The position numbers and the translations under genes are program-made. Shown one piece after another: positions 21,117 through 31,655 of a DNA stretch of 64,000 nt. The first letter of the stretch is position 1, and each line of letters starts with the position of its first letter. The notes under the pieces were generated by a model, which did not search any database, was not told the origin of the DNA, and saw nothing but the letters and a program-made list of their open reading frames with translations. This DNA comes from Thermoplasmatales archaeon (lineage in GTDB: Archaea; Thermoplasmatota; Thermoplasmata; Thermoplasmatales; Thermoplasmataceae): NCBI GenBank assembly GCA_027310185.1, contig DAIDBH010000017.1:222407-286406 (forward strand), given 5' to 3'.

Positions 21117-22019
21117 TCAGATTAGCCCCATTTTCTTTGCAACCAGATAGCCAGCCACTATATCCTCAAGTCCAATGCCCATTGTTTTGAATACTGATCT
21201 TCTTGCCTGAATTGGGCCTTCCCTTATAAAATCCTTAAGTTCCATAAGTTTTTCTGAACCATTCACATCCTGAATTTCCGCAGACTCAAGCATCGCCTGC
21301 CCCATATGTTCAACAATAACAAGATCGGAAGATTTCATTACATCGCTGCTGGCTTCCCTCCTGTTTAGAAGATTTGCTCCAACAAGATTAATGTGATAAT
21401 ATTCCGGTACATTCTTCTCTGTTATTACAGGGTCCTTTGCATTGGTCACACTGTTAATCACATTATAATTCCTGAAATTGTTTGCATTTCTTTCCACTTT
21501 TATGTCCATGGAAAGTTTCTCACCCATTTTTTTTGCAAATTCCTCAGCGTGTGCAGCTGTCCTTGAATAAACAGCAGCCTCATCAAGATCGAGTGCGATC
21601 TTCATTGCCTCCAGCTGTGTCTCTGCCTGATATCCTGAACCTATAAGAAGGAAGTTAGCCTCTGATTTACGGTCCTTAAGCAATCTTCTTGAAACAATTC
21701 CTGGAAGAGCACCTGTTCTCATCTGCCCGAGTCGGTTTGCCTCTATAACAAAGAAATTCTCAGGATCTTCTGTCAGGGAAAACATTACGACAAATTTTGC
21801 ACCGTTTACGCCCGCAACATAGGTCTTCAGTCCTGCGATCCCGTATTTGTCTATGTAAGCTGGCATTGTATTCAGGAATGCACTACCTGTAAACAGCCTA
21901 TCTCGGGGGCTCGCGTCAGCCCTGCCCTCGCCATATTCAACGAATGCATCTTCCAGTATATCCATGAGCTCCTTCATTCTCAGGTTATTCTCAACATCCT
22001 TTTCAGTTATGAATTTCAT
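21117..22019 (-). CDS. Ornithine cyclodeaminase/mu-crystallin family (archaeal alanine dehydrogenase-like)
   Basis: MPA...GLKTY, LGQMRTGA, IGSGYQAETQ, FKTMGIGLED. Confidence 0.85.
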   Translation of the reverse strand: MKFITEKDVENNLRMKELMDILEDAFVEYGEGRADASPRDRLFTGSAFLNTMPAYIDKYGIAGLKTYVAGVNGAKFVVMFSLTEDPENFFVIEANRLGQMRTGALPGIVSRRLLKDRKSEANFLLIGSGYQAETQLEAMKIALDLDEAAVYSRTAAHAEEFAKKMGEKLSMDIKVERNANNFRNYNVINSVTNAKDPVITEKNVPEYYHINLVGANLLNRREASSDVMKSSDLVIVEHMGQAMLESAEIQDVNGSEKLMELKDFIREGPIQARRSVFKTMGIGLEDIVAGYLVAKKMGLI

Positions 22020-22021
22020 AT

Positions 22022-24010
22022 TTATCTTTCCTCCAGATTTTCCTTAATTATTTCTGAGATATCTCTTACCCTTATCTTGCTTTCTACGTCCATGGTTCTT
22101 GATGCATCCTCCAGCATTGCCGTGCAGAATGGACAGGCCACTGCAACTGTACTGGCTCCTGTTTCCAGTGCCTGTTTCATCCTTATTTTGCTTATTGAAT
22201 CCTCTTTTTCAACCTTGTACCAGTAGTTTCCACCGCCACCGCCACAACAGAAGCTCTTGCTTTTGCTTTTTTCCATTTCCTTGAGCTTTGATGTGCTGTC
22301 AACGATCAGCCTTGTATTATCATATTCACCGTTGATCCTGCCAAGATAGCATGGATCATGAAGTGTCACAGTTTCACTGTTGTTTCTTACCTTGATTTTT
22401 TCTTCCCGTATGAGATCAGCCAGTGCTTCTGAATGGTGAACCACTTCCGCCTTTAGGCCGAATTTGGGGTACTCATTCCTGAATGTGTTCATGCAATGCG
22501 GACAGGATGTTATTATCTTTTTTATTCCATATTTGTTGAATGTTTCTATATTCTGGAGAACAAGTTCCTGAAATCTCCCCTCCTCTCCCATCCGTCTTGC
22601 TGTTTCGCCATTGCATTTCTCCTCTGAGCCAAGAAGACCGAAATTCACGCCTCCTTTCTTCAGGAGGTCTATTACATCCCTAGCGACCTTGTTATATCTT
22701 GGATCAAATGCCCCCATGCATCCCACCCAGTAGACTGTGTCCATTCCTTCTTCCATCTTCCTCCCATACTGAAGCATTGAATCCCTGTCTGAGTTGTTGT
22801 TTCCAAAGGGATTCATGGTGTTTCCAAGATTGTTCAGGTATGTTGATGTCTCCTTAGATAGCTTATTGTCCATTACAAGAGTCCTTCTCGCTTCCAGATT
22901 GTATGAATGTGGATCTATGAGGACAGGGCATTCTTCAACACATGCCTGGCATGTGGTACATGACCAGGCTGCATTCTCACTGATTATCCCGTCAATCATT
23001 GGTGTGTCGCCGTTCCATAGTGCCCTCTGTATATTCTGAACCACTACTCTGGGATCAAGATCTGTGCCAGATGAAACTGCCGGGCAGGCCCTCTCACATC
23101 TACCGCAATCTGTGCATGCTATTGCATCAGTTTTCTCGAAATAGCTAAGATCCATTATTGTTTTTGCCCCTACCTTGAAGTCAAAATTGCCTGATTCCAG
23201 TGCTTCGGACAGAATGAATGGAGTGGACATTTCTCCCCTTTTTTTTTCAGGGTGAATCCCGATCCCAACAGCTGAATAGAACATGTGTGACAGTTTTGAG
23301 AATGGAAGGTAAGCTGCAACCCCGAATGCAGTCAATACATGTGCAAACCAGAATATCCTGTAAATTTCAATGCCAAAGTTTCCAGTCACTCCCATTGGCG
23401 CATAAATGTAGCTCAGTGGCCATTCAACAAACCTGTAGACATCAAAACTCTCCCTGTAAAGGGCAATCTTTAGGGCACCGAGGAAAAAGCCTTCCAGTGA
23501 AAGTATAAGTAATCCTGCTATTATTATGAAATCCTGAGTTATTGTATCCAGAGGCACCTTTTTCCTTATTCTCCTGAAAAGTGCAAGTAACAGTCCTGCT
23601 ACCAGGAGCACTCCTCCAAAATTGGCCCATACCTCAAAATTAAGGTAGAAATCACCTGTAAGTATACCGAATCCTAGGATTGTCTTCAGAATATCATGGG
23701 AGAGGGCGATAAGTGATGTTGCAATAAAAAGTATCAGGATCCCGTAAAAGATCATCAGATGCATTATGCCGGCATACATGTTCTTTATGTTCTTTCTGTG
23801 AAAGGCACCATAATTAAGGATCTGCGCGATGAATCTTCTCAGGTTTTTAAGGACATATTTTATCGCAGGAATTAGGGTTATTCCTGCCTTTCTGTACCTT
23901 ATGTAGAATTCTGCAAGAACAAATATCAGGACTGCGAAGGAAAGCACATAATCTGCAATCAGTTCGCTTTCGGGTATGAATACCAGAGTTGGGCTGGTTA
24001 CGACGACCAT
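22022..24010 (-). CDS. fadF: Membrane-bound Fe-S oxidoreductase, FadF/DUF224-like (NarI-type membrane domain + 2x[4Fe-4S] + CCG domains)
   Basis: TM region with His (GIMHLM, FAHV, KLSHM); CTDCGRCERACP, CTTCQACVEECP; CNGE, CPHC, HDPCYLGR, CCGGGGG, ACPFC. Confidence 0.85.
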   Translation of the reverse strand: MVVVTSPTLVFIPESELIADYVLSFAVLIFVLAEFYIRYRKAGITLIPAIKYVLKNLRRFIAQILNYGAFHRKNIKNMYAGIMHLMIFYGILILFIATSLIALSHDILKTILGFGILTGDFYLNFEVWANFGGVLLVAGLLLALFRRIRKKVPLDTITQDFIIIAGLLILSLEGFFLGALKIALYRESFDVYRFVEWPLSYIYAPMGVTGNFGIEIYRIFWFAHVLTAFGVAAYLPFSKLSHMFYSAVGIGIHPEKKRGEMSTPFILSEALESGNFDFKVGAKTIMDLSYFEKTDAIACTDCGRCERACPAVSSGTDLDPRVVVQNIQRALWNGDTPMIDGIISENAAWSCTTCQACVEECPVLIDPHSYNLEARRTLVMDNKLSKETSTYLNNLGNTMNPFGNNNSDRDSMLQYGRKMEEGMDTVYWVGCMGAFDPRYNKVARDVIDLLKKGGVNFGLLGSEEKCNGETARRMGEEGRFQELVLQNIETFNKYGIKKIITSCPHCMNTFRNEYPKFGLKAEVVHHSEALADLIREEKIKVRNNSETVTLHDPCYLGRINGEYDNTRLIVDSTSKLKEMEKSKSKSFCCGGGGGNYWYKVEKEDSISKIRMKQALETGASTVAVACPFCTAMLEDASRTMDVESKIRVRDISEIIKENLEER

Positions 24011-24093
24011 ATCTATAGCCTATAATTGTAATTTATATAACATTGTCTGAAAGTCGATAGTGTTTAAATTGAATAATGATACCCTGTATATTT

Positions 24094-24684
24094 ATGGAAC
24101 CGGTATCTTTTTGTATTGATGGAGAGAGTATAAAAGTTTCAAGATGCAATAGGGTTTACTTTCCATCCGAAGATACCTTTCTCCTACTTGAAACATTGAG
24201 TCCGGAGGGAAAGTGCCTGGAAATAGGAAGTGGAAGCGGGCTGATTTCCATAGTACTTGCAAGGAAGGGCTATTCCACAATTGCATCTGATATAAATCCA
24301 GATGCTGTTAAATGCACTGAATTGAATTCATCCCTCAATGACGTAAAAGTTGAAGTCCTGCTTTCTGATCTGTTTGATGGAATAAATGGCAGTTTTGACA
24401 CGATTATATTCAATCCGCCTTATCTTCCGGGAGATGGAGAAGAGGAAGAAATTGAGGAAAGTGAAATGTGGTATGGAGGCGAAGACGGACTGACAGTAAT
24501 AAGGAAATTCCTCGCCGGACTCCCTGAACACCTCAATAGGGGTGGAAGATGTTATATGATTCTCTCTTCCCTTACCGATATAGATGGCCTGAAAAGAGAA
24601 TTCAATACCTACAGATTCGAGGTTCTGGGAGAGAGAAGTTTCTTCATGGAAAAAATCTTTGCCTATTCCCTTTCACTTATCTGA
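24094..24684 (+). CDS. HemK2/PrmC-related release-factor glutamine methyltransferase
   Basis: VYFPSEDTFLL, LEIGSGSG, FNPPYLP, GGEDG. Confidence 0.9.
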   Translation: MEPVSFCIDGESIKVSRCNRVYFPSEDTFLLLETLSPEGKCLEIGSGSGLISIVLARKGYSTIASDINPDAVKCTELNSSLNDVKVEVLLSDLFDGINGSFDTIIFNPPYLPGDGEEEEIEESEMWYGGEDGLTVIRKFLAGLPEHLNRGGRCYMILSSLTDIDGLKREFNTYRFEVLGERSFFMEKIFAYSLSLI

Positions 24685-25640
24685 ATGTTACGGTAAAAAT
24701 TCTTGATTTCGCTGTAAAATGTTGTTTCGAATCTATCTATGGTATAGATCTCATTGAAATTCTCTGAAAGAAATTCAGTTATGTTATCCATCTCCTCCAT
24801 GCTTTCTCCGAATACGGTTAATGTAAGTGTGTGAGGATAGTTTCCGAAATAGATAAGGTTGTCTTTTATCTGCTTCCTTGATCTGAACCACTTTATGTAT
24901 TGACCCGTATCATCTTCCGGTACCATTATTGATATCTGCTTCGTTATAATATTTGGGATTTTCTTGAAATTGAATATTACCTTCCCCTTCACGAACCTGT
25001 TTTCAACAACCGTGTCCAGACTTTTTCTTGCCCTCTTTCTCGAGTAGTTAAGTTCGTCCGTTATCTCTTCAGTGGAAAAATTCTTTACGCTCTTGTATGC
25101 TATGCAGTTTACCAGACGTATCTGGCTTTGTGTGGGGGTTGTGTTCACTTCAGAATATGGAAAATAGTTCATCAGCTTGAATTCAAGATCTGACTCATGA
25201 AAGGCATTTCCAATTTCATCCAGGTTTTCCATTAGATGATCCTCATTTGATATGAACTGGATATGGCCTATCTCACTGTAATTTTCAACTCCCTGGCTTT
25301 CCCTCTTCTTCTTCAGGTAGTTGGATGAGTGAAGGATCTCAACGAATGGCAGTTCCCCTAGCCTGTGCTCAACGTCCTTCAGGTACTCAAATGGCAGGAT
25401 TGCCATAAGGTAATATCTCCTGAGTCCCCCTGGAAAAATTTCAGGCATGATTAGCATATCCTTTATGTACTCCTTTTCGAAGATCAGGTTCCACATCTTG
25501 TAGGATGAATTGGCGGAAATGTTTATTTTTCTTGCAATCTGGTATGGTGAAGGTATTGATTTTATGGTGTTTTCCCCATCCTCTGGCCATGAGGAGATTG
25601 CCTTCAAATATGATGATAAAAGCCTAACATTATGAAGCAT
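24663..25640 (-). CDS. Hypothetical protein with tandem HTH/Lrp-AsnC-like modules
   Basis: Two HTH-like segments (SPYQIARKINISANSSYKMW; STEEITDELNYSRKRARKSLDTVV), each followed by a beta-rich region; start moved to ATG 25640. Confidence 0.5.
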   Translation of the reverse strand: MLHNVRLLSSYLKAISSWPEDGENTIKSIPSPYQIARKINISANSSYKMWNLIFEKEYIKDMLIMPEIFPGGLRRYYLMAILPFEYLKDVEHRLGELPFVEILHSSNYLKKKRESQGVENYSEIGHIQFISNEDHLMENLDEIGNAFHESDLEFKLMNYFPYSEVNTTPTQSQIRLVNCIAYKSVKNFSTEEITDELNYSRKRARKSLDTVVENRFVKGKVIFNFKKIPNIITKQISIMVPEDDTGQYIKWFRSRKQIKDNLIYFGNYPHTLTLTVFGESMEEMDNITEFLSENFNEIYTIDRFETTFYSEIKNFYRNIQISERE

Positions 25641-25941
25641 GATAACCACTATGGATTTACTTAAAAATCCTAAGTATATAAATATAATTATATCTGTGCC
25701 CACTATACCAGCTTTTTAAAAAGGATTTATCAGAATTGCACTGATAGGGGGAAATTACTGGAAAGTTAATCTAAAAATTGTCGGAATGGATATTTCGCTG
25801 CTATGAGAAACGATTGAATGCTTGAAAATCTGTCCTGATTATAGAAACCAACTCACTCATGAACTGAATTACATCTTCATTTTATATGGAAGTCATAAGA
25901 GTCGAATAATTTTAATACCACCCTTTACTTTTATTTCATAT

Positions 25942-26832
25942 ATGATACTGAGCAGATTCAGGCCACCTTCATTCAAGACATGCATAATCAGGTTCAGAAT
26001 CAGTGAGGAACTTCTGGAGCCATCACAAAGAGCAAAGCTTCGCGGGATATGTTATGTAAACAACGGATCATATGTTTCCAGCATAAGAAAGAGGAAGGAA
26101 AGCGATCTTGATTACAACTTCTTTGTGTCAAAATCGAGAGTTTCAGAGGGAAAGTACTATTATTTTTGCAGGATATATTCTGGAAAACTGGTAGAGAATC
26201 TAAATAGGCTGTTTGAAAATCAAACCATGATTAATGAATATGCAATATTCTTTGACGGAGCAATCCATATTAGGTTCTCCTTCTATGAGAAGTATTCACA
26301 AATCGTTTCAAATTTCATAAAGGAAAATTATGAAAATGGTATTGAAGTTGTATATCTCGGAAGTTTTACCAATGTGGATACAGAAATGAAGAGTGAGGGT
26401 CTTGGACTTAAGATCATAACCCTCAGAATGGAAGTGCCAGATTACCTTCTTGACACAGACCCAAGTACCTCTGTAAAATGGATCAGGTTCATCAGGAATT
26501 TTAACTCTGAAAATTTCAACTCCCTTTATTTAATTGATGACAGCGGAATGAACCACATTCCTTCCATGTTCAAACCTGTTGATGCCACCATTGGGCTGTA
26601 TGAGGGGGAAACAAGCAATGAAATAATCCAGAAGCTTGAAGGAATGATAATAGAGACAGGCCTGAGGCCTGTTATAAGTACAAATGAATTTGATGGAAAA
26701 TACCTCTGGCTTGAATACTTTGTCATTGAGAGGGACCTCACAAGCATTATCAGGATTATGGGGGACCTGATAGAAAGTAATTCAGACTGGAAAGGATTGA
26801 TTTTTAAGATTAATAGCGCTTCTGATGAATGA
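25942..26832 (+). CDS. Hypothetical soluble protein, coupled to cbiA
   Basis: Long ORF whose stop overlaps the cbiA start (ATGA); no recognisable motif. Confidence 0.55.
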   Translation: MILSRFRPPSFKTCIIRFRISEELLEPSQRAKLRGICYVNNGSYVSSIRKRKESDLDYNFFVSKSRVSEGKYYYFCRIYSGKLVENLNRLFENQTMINEYAIFFDGAIHIRFSFYEKYSQIVSNFIKENYENGIEVVYLGSFTNVDTEMKSEGLGLKIITLRMEVPDYLLDTDPSTSVKWIRFIRNFNSENFNSLYLIDDSGMNHIPSMFKPVDATIGLYEGETSNEIIQKLEGMIIETGLRPVISTNEFDGKYLWLEYFVIERDLTSIIRIMGDLIESNSDWKGLIFKINSASDE

Positions 26833-28094
26833 TGAAAATAGTAGGAATAGCAGCAATGTCAACCGGGTCCGGGAAGACCACAGCCACGGGAGCCATTCTT
26901 TCCGCAGTACCTAACAGCATACAGATCAAGATTGGGCCGGATTTTATTGATCCCCTGATTGAATCTAAAATTACTGGGAAACATGGATACAATCTGGATA
27001 GATGGCTGCAGGGCAGAATTGAGAAAAGCATTGTTGGACTTGCGGCTGAAAAGGCAGATTTTGCAGTTGTGGAAGGAGTTATGGGACTTTATGACAGCGG
27101 GGTTGGAAAGGAGTTCAGCACTATTGCATACTTTGAAAGGCTGGGAATCCCATACATCCTTGTTGTTGACATGTTCAAGTGGGCAGAATCAATATACTAT
27201 GCTGCAAAGGGCTTTATCAGGAAGAACTGTCTTGGAGTGATCCTTAATAACTATGCTGGAGAAAGACATCTCAAAATGGTTGAAGATGTCTTTCTGTCCC
27301 ATGGTGTCAGGGTTATAGGAAGAATACCTCACAGGGAGGAATTCAGCATGCCTGAAAGGCATCTCGGCTTGAATCTTGATCAGGATAGGAAAAAACTGAT
27401 TCAGAGGTCCAGGGAAATAGCAAAATTTATTGATCTTTCATTCATGGAACAACTACCCGAGATTGCCGGTGCAAATTTCGTAAAGAAATCGAATGGTTCA
27501 AAGAAAAACGTCTATATTGCCAGGGATGATGCATTCTGCTTTTACTATGAAACATCAATGGATTTTTTTTCAAAGAGGCATAATGTACGGTTTTTCTCCC
27601 CATTAAATGATGAGGTGCCAGAGAAAGCAGATATGATATACATAGGTGGTGGGTATCCAGAACTTTTTGGAGAACGGCTGGAATCTGCATTTAAACTGAA
27701 GTCTTTCCTTAAGGACTATGTTGAAAATGGAGGTTACCTATACTCTGAATGCGGTGGGACAATGTTCATGATGGACTCCATGGAAAATAATGGGAAAAAA
27801 TATGACATGGCTGGAATCTTCAGGGGAAGCACATGGATGGAAAAACGCCCTGTGCTGAATTATACGAAGATCGTCAGTGAAAAAGGCAGCCCTTTCTACA
27901 GGAAGGGACAGGTGATTAAAGGACATGAGTTCCATTATGGAAGAATCAAAACGGAGGATCGAATGACCATGAAGATGATTAGGGGAAGCGGAATTGACGG
28001 TTACGATGGCATAACAAGGAAAAATGCCTTTGGAATGTACACACACGTAGATTTCATGCGCTATGGCAACAGCATGAAATGGGAAGACAAGTGA
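26829..28094 (+). CDS. cbiA: Cobyrinate a,c-diamide synthase
   Basis: GSGKTT P-loop, KIGPDFIDP, EGVMGLYD, ERHLGL, GGGYPE, ECGG (GATase Cys), GHEFHY. Confidence 0.92.
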   Translation: MMKIVGIAAMSTGSGKTTATGAILSAVPNSIQIKIGPDFIDPLIESKITGKHGYNLDRWLQGRIEKSIVGLAAEKADFAVVEGVMGLYDSGVGKEFSTIAYFERLGIPYILVVDMFKWAESIYYAAKGFIRKNCLGVILNNYAGERHLKMVEDVFLSHGVRVIGRIPHREEFSMPERHLGLNLDQDRKKLIQRSREIAKFIDLSFMEQLPEIAGANFVKKSNGSKKNVYIARDDAFCFYYETSMDFFSKRHNVRFFSPLNDEVPEKADMIYIGGGYPELFGERLESAFKLKSFLKDYVENGGYLYSECGGTMFMMDSMENNGKKYDMAGIFRGSTWMEKRPVLNYTKIVSEKGSPFYRKGQVIKGHEFHYGRIKTEDRMTMKMIRGSGIDGYDGITRKNAFGMYTHVDFMRYGNSMKWEDK

Positions 28095-28126
28095 TTTGTC
28101 TTCTTACTGAAAGTGTTCTTTTGATA

Positions 28127-29035
28127 TCAAACGTATGTGAGATAGTCCTTATGCTTATCTGATTTCCCCTGAACCAGATTGAAATATGTTTCCCTGACAT
28201 TCTTGGTCACAACGCCGACCTTTCCATCACCAATGGTTATTCCATCAATATTGAGTATGGGTGTTACCTCTGCAGCTGTTCCCACAAAGAAAGCTTCATC
28301 AGCTGTATACAGTTCTTCCCTATGTATGAATCTTTCAATTACCTGCATCCCATTCTCCTTCATGATTTCAATTATTGTGTTCCTCGTTATTCCAAGAAGA
28401 ATCTGACTATCCCTTCCCGGTGTTAAAAGTGCTCCATCCTTTACTATGAATATATTCTCCCCGGGACCTTCTGCAACATAACCATCTCTGGATGTGAGTA
28501 TGGCTTCGTCGAAACCTGAAGCTTTGGCTTCCTTCATGGCTATTACAGAATTTAGGTAATTTCCGCTTGCCTTTGCCTCTATAGGCAATATGGCAGATTC
28601 CATCCTGTGCCACGACGATACCTTGCATTTGAGGCCGGTATCGGCTGCAGAAAAATACTTTCCGAAGGCAAATGCTCCGATGTAAACGCTGATCTTTTTG
28701 CCAGCTGTTCCCACACCAACACTGTGGTCATCATAAAAAGCGAAAGGCCTTATGTAACATGACTTGAGCTTGTTTCTTCTTACGACTTCTATTATAGCCT
28801 TCTCAATATCATCCTCTGTGAAACCAAGATTCATTCCATATATCTTTGCAGTGTTAAAGAATCTCTTAACATGTTCCCTGAGACGAAATATTTCAGTTCC
28901 CTTTGGTGTTTCATATCCCCTTATACCCTCAAAAATTCCGCTTCCGTACTGGAGAGAGTGGGTCATTATCGGGACGACTGCCTTCTCTTCATCTATAAAG
29001 CTACCGTTTAACCATGATATTTTTTCATCTGTCAT
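28127..29035 (-). CDS. ilvE: Branched-chain amino acid aminotransferase
   Basis: HSLQYGSGIFEGIRGY, YIRP, AKASGNY (PLP Lys), EGPGENIF, LLGITR, GTAAEVTP. Confidence 0.95.
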   Translation of the reverse strand: MTDEKISWLNGSFIDEEKAVVPIMTHSLQYGSGIFEGIRGYETPKGTEIFRLREHVKRFFNTAKIYGMNLGFTEDDIEKAIIEVVRRNKLKSCYIRPFAFYDDHSVGVGTAGKKISVYIGAFAFGKYFSAADTGLKCKVSSWHRMESAILPIEAKASGNYLNSVIAMKEAKASGFDEAILTSRDGYVAEGPGENIFIVKDGALLTPGRDSQILLGITRNTIIEIMKENGMQVIERFIHREELYTADEAFFVGTAAEVTPILNIDGITIGDGKVGVVTKNVRETYFNLVQGKSDKHKDYLTYV

Positions 29036-29187
29036 GCTGTGTCTTATATTAATTTTATATTAAACACTTTATTACCTTATATATTAATATAACTATAATC
29101 TAATATATATTGCGAAATTCTGCTTGTTAATGAAATTCTCTGGGCCAAAAGGTTTCTTAAATATGATAATCATCTAGACCATGCGGA

Positions 29188-29766
29188 ATGAATACAGAGT
29201 TTTACCTGATCCTGATTTCCATAACACTTGCGGTCCTCCACATGATTGCCCCTGATCACTGGATACCTATTTCCATATTATCTGCAAAGAGAAGATATAC
29301 TGACGGTAAAACTGCAACTTACGGTCTTTTCATAGGGATAACTCATGGCATACTGTCAACAATCCTTGCTCTGTTGGTTGCTTTCCTTGGAATAAGCATC
29401 ATAGGGTATGACAGGATAAAGATAGGATCAATCGTTCTTCTAGTGCTGGTGTGTCTTTACATACTGTTGAATATAAGGAAAGAAGTGCACGAAACGGAAA
29501 AAATAGAAAACACCAGTCTTCTGGTCAGCTTCATTCCTGATCCTGCATTTTTACCAATTGTGCTTGCAGCAACAGTTTTTGGTGGATTTTTCATAGGAAT
29601 GATTAGCGCATTGTTCATAGTTTCAGGTGGGATTTCACTGATGATTATTTCATTGTTTGCGAAGAAAGGCATGCTCAAAGGCCTGGAAAAGATAAAACCA
29701 ACTAATGTAGACTATATAATTGTCATTGTCCTTGCCTTCACAGCTTTTTTCATTTATTTCACGTAA
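29188..29766 (+). CDS. Putative nickel/cobalt transporter (NiCoT/RcnA/UreH-like)
   Basis: HMIAPDHW (HxxxxDH) motif at end of TM1, second TM His (GITHG), ~6 TM helices; near cbiA. Confidence 0.6.
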   Translation: MNTEFYLILISITLAVLHMIAPDHWIPISILSAKRRYTDGKTATYGLFIGITHGILSTILALLVAFLGISIIGYDRIKIGSIVLLVLVCLYILLNIRKEVHETEKIENTSLLVSFIPDPAFLPIVLAATVFGGFFIGMISALFIVSGGISLMIISLFAKKGMLKGLEKIKPTNVDYIIVIVLAFTAFFIYFT

Positions 29767-29897
29767 TTGAAGGATGTGGGAAAAACGAAACCACTTTTTT
29801 TATACTATTTTAATCGATTAATGGGACCTTCCTACTGCTAATCCATTAATATAGAATGACGTAATTATATCAACAGAAGTATAAGAGGTAAGTTACA

Positions 29898-30671
29898 ATG
29901 AGAAGGAAAAAATTTGTAGTTACCATTTTGGCTATTATGATAACCATAGTATTTGTTACAGACGGTGCTGTGGTAATAGCTGGAGCTTATGGTAATTCAG
30001 CAAACGCTACTGATATGGATCATCCATCTTACTATGTCGGAACCTTTTCATTGATGAATGCTTCTAAAAACAATACAAGAACAGGTCACATAGAGTATGT
30101 GGGGAGCTTATATCAGTGTGATAGGAGCAGCGAATATACACATCTCAAGCTAAACGTATATGTATATGTAAACCTAAGTGATTCTACTATGTTTTATATA
30201 ATATGTGCTGCTATAAATGCTGTAGGTGGTTCAAATATTGCAAGTGGAGTTTCTGCTCCAAACGGTACTTCAATTTATGCATCAACCGGAAGTTGGCTTG
30301 AGATGGTAGGAGGATGCCAAATACTGAACCTGGACAACGTTGTCACCCTGCCTAAATCGGCCAGTAATCAGATTTCATCCATAATACGAAACCAGTGTAA
30401 CCCGAACTCCGAGAAGAGTCATGAGATATTGTCAGGATCTAATTTAGTAGGTTACAGAGGTCAGTGGTGTATTAAAGGACAAACATATTACCAGTTCGAG
30501 ATAATAGTGGAGCAGAAAATCCAAATTGGAGGAAAGATAAGTGGACACATAGAGGTGGGAGGTTATACATCTTATTACAAACCAGGAGCATTTGGCATAG
30601 GCAAGACCCTCGAACTCAGTTATTCAGCCATTTCTGAAAATATAGAATTCAACTCAGGCCTTTTGCGATAG
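29898..30671 (+). CDS. Orphan secreted Cys-containing protein
   Basis: GAGGT SD; MRRKK followed by hydrophobic signal; Ser/Asn/Gly/Tyr-rich with 5 Cys; no recognisable family. Confidence 0.7.
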   Translation: MRRKKFVVTILAIMITIVFVTDGAVVIAGAYGNSANATDMDHPSYYVGTFSLMNASKNNTRTGHIEYVGSLYQCDRSSEYTHLKLNVYVYVNLSDSTMFYIICAAINAVGGSNIASGVSAPNGTSIYASTGSWLEMVGGCQILNLDNVVTLPKSASNQISSIIRNQCNPNSEKSHEILSGSNLVGYRGQWCIKGQTYYQFEIIVEQKIQIGGKISGHIEVGGYTSYYKPGAFGIGKTLELSYSAISENIEFNSGLLR

Positions 30672-30764
30672 AAAACAGCAACGGGACATCCATTACAGCA
30701 AATTCGTCATACTCCATATCGTAAAAATGAAAAAATAAAACTTATTTTAGATTTTGAATTTGAT

Positions 30765-31655
30765 TTACTGCTTGAGAGCAGCAACAAGCTTGGGCACTAC
30801 CTGGAACAGATCACCTACTATGCCATAGTCACATTCCTGAAATATGGGTGCCTCCTTATCCTTGTTTACAGCAATTACTATCTTTGAGCCTCTCATTCCC
30901 GCAATGTGCTGTATCTGGCCGGAGATTCCAAGGGCTATGTATACCTTTGGTTTCACCTTTTTACCGGAAAGGCCGACCTGCCTCTCCTCGCTGAGCCATT
31001 TATAATCAAGGCACACAGGTCTTGAGCCAGATAATTCACCATGTACTGCATCTACAAGAGGTTTTATCTGATCTACAGCTTCCTTTTTCCCGATGCCCCT
31101 TCCTATGGAAACAAGAATTGAAGCGGATTCAATATCCGTTCCACTCCTGTCTTTCTCCATTTCCTGATCTATGGAAAGTGCAGAATTCTCAAGATCCAGG
31201 GATGAAACCTGGCTCTTTGACTCTACTTTTTTGGGCTCAAATGAACCTGGTTGAACTGTTATTACCTTTGACCTGCTTTCCTCCTCAAGAATTGTCTTGC
31301 CTCCGAAGAAGAATCTCCTGGTCCTGATGTTATCCCCTTCCATCTCAAATTCAAAGACCTCCGTAACTACAGTGGACTTGAGTGTTGCTGCTATCATTCC
31401 TGCAATATCTCTTCCAAGGGGTGAACTGGAAATAAATATCCTGTCAAATTTGGATGTGTCAATACTGTTGAGTGCCCTGAAAGTATTGTCTCCCATCGGC
31501 CTACCTTTCAGCACGAAGATCTCTTTAATTCCGTATTCAATGCATTTCGTTTCCTGACCTTCAAGTGTAACACCGTATACTTCTCCCTTATCCCTGAGTT
31601 TTGTGGCCAGTCCTCCCATATTTGTTCCATCTTCTGAAAATAACAGAAACTTCAT
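30765..31655 (-). CDS. etfA: Electron transfer flavoprotein subunit alpha
   Basis: LVSIGRG, GSRP, QVGLSGKKVKP, GISGQIQHIAGM, AVNKDKEAPIF. Confidence 0.95.
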   Translation of the reverse strand: MKFLLFSEDGTNMGGLATKLRDKGEVYGVTLEGQETKCIEYGIKEIFVLKGRPMGDNTFRALNSIDTSKFDRIFISSSPLGRDIAGMIAATLKSTVVTEVFEFEMEGDNIRTRRFFFGGKTILEEESRSKVITVQPGSFEPKKVESKSQVSSLDLENSALSIDQEMEKDRSGTDIESASILVSIGRGIGKKEAVDQIKPLVDAVHGELSGSRPVCLDYKWLSEERQVGLSGKKVKPKVYIALGISGQIQHIAGMRGSKIVIAVNKDKEAPIFQECDYGIVGDLFQVVPKLVAALKQ

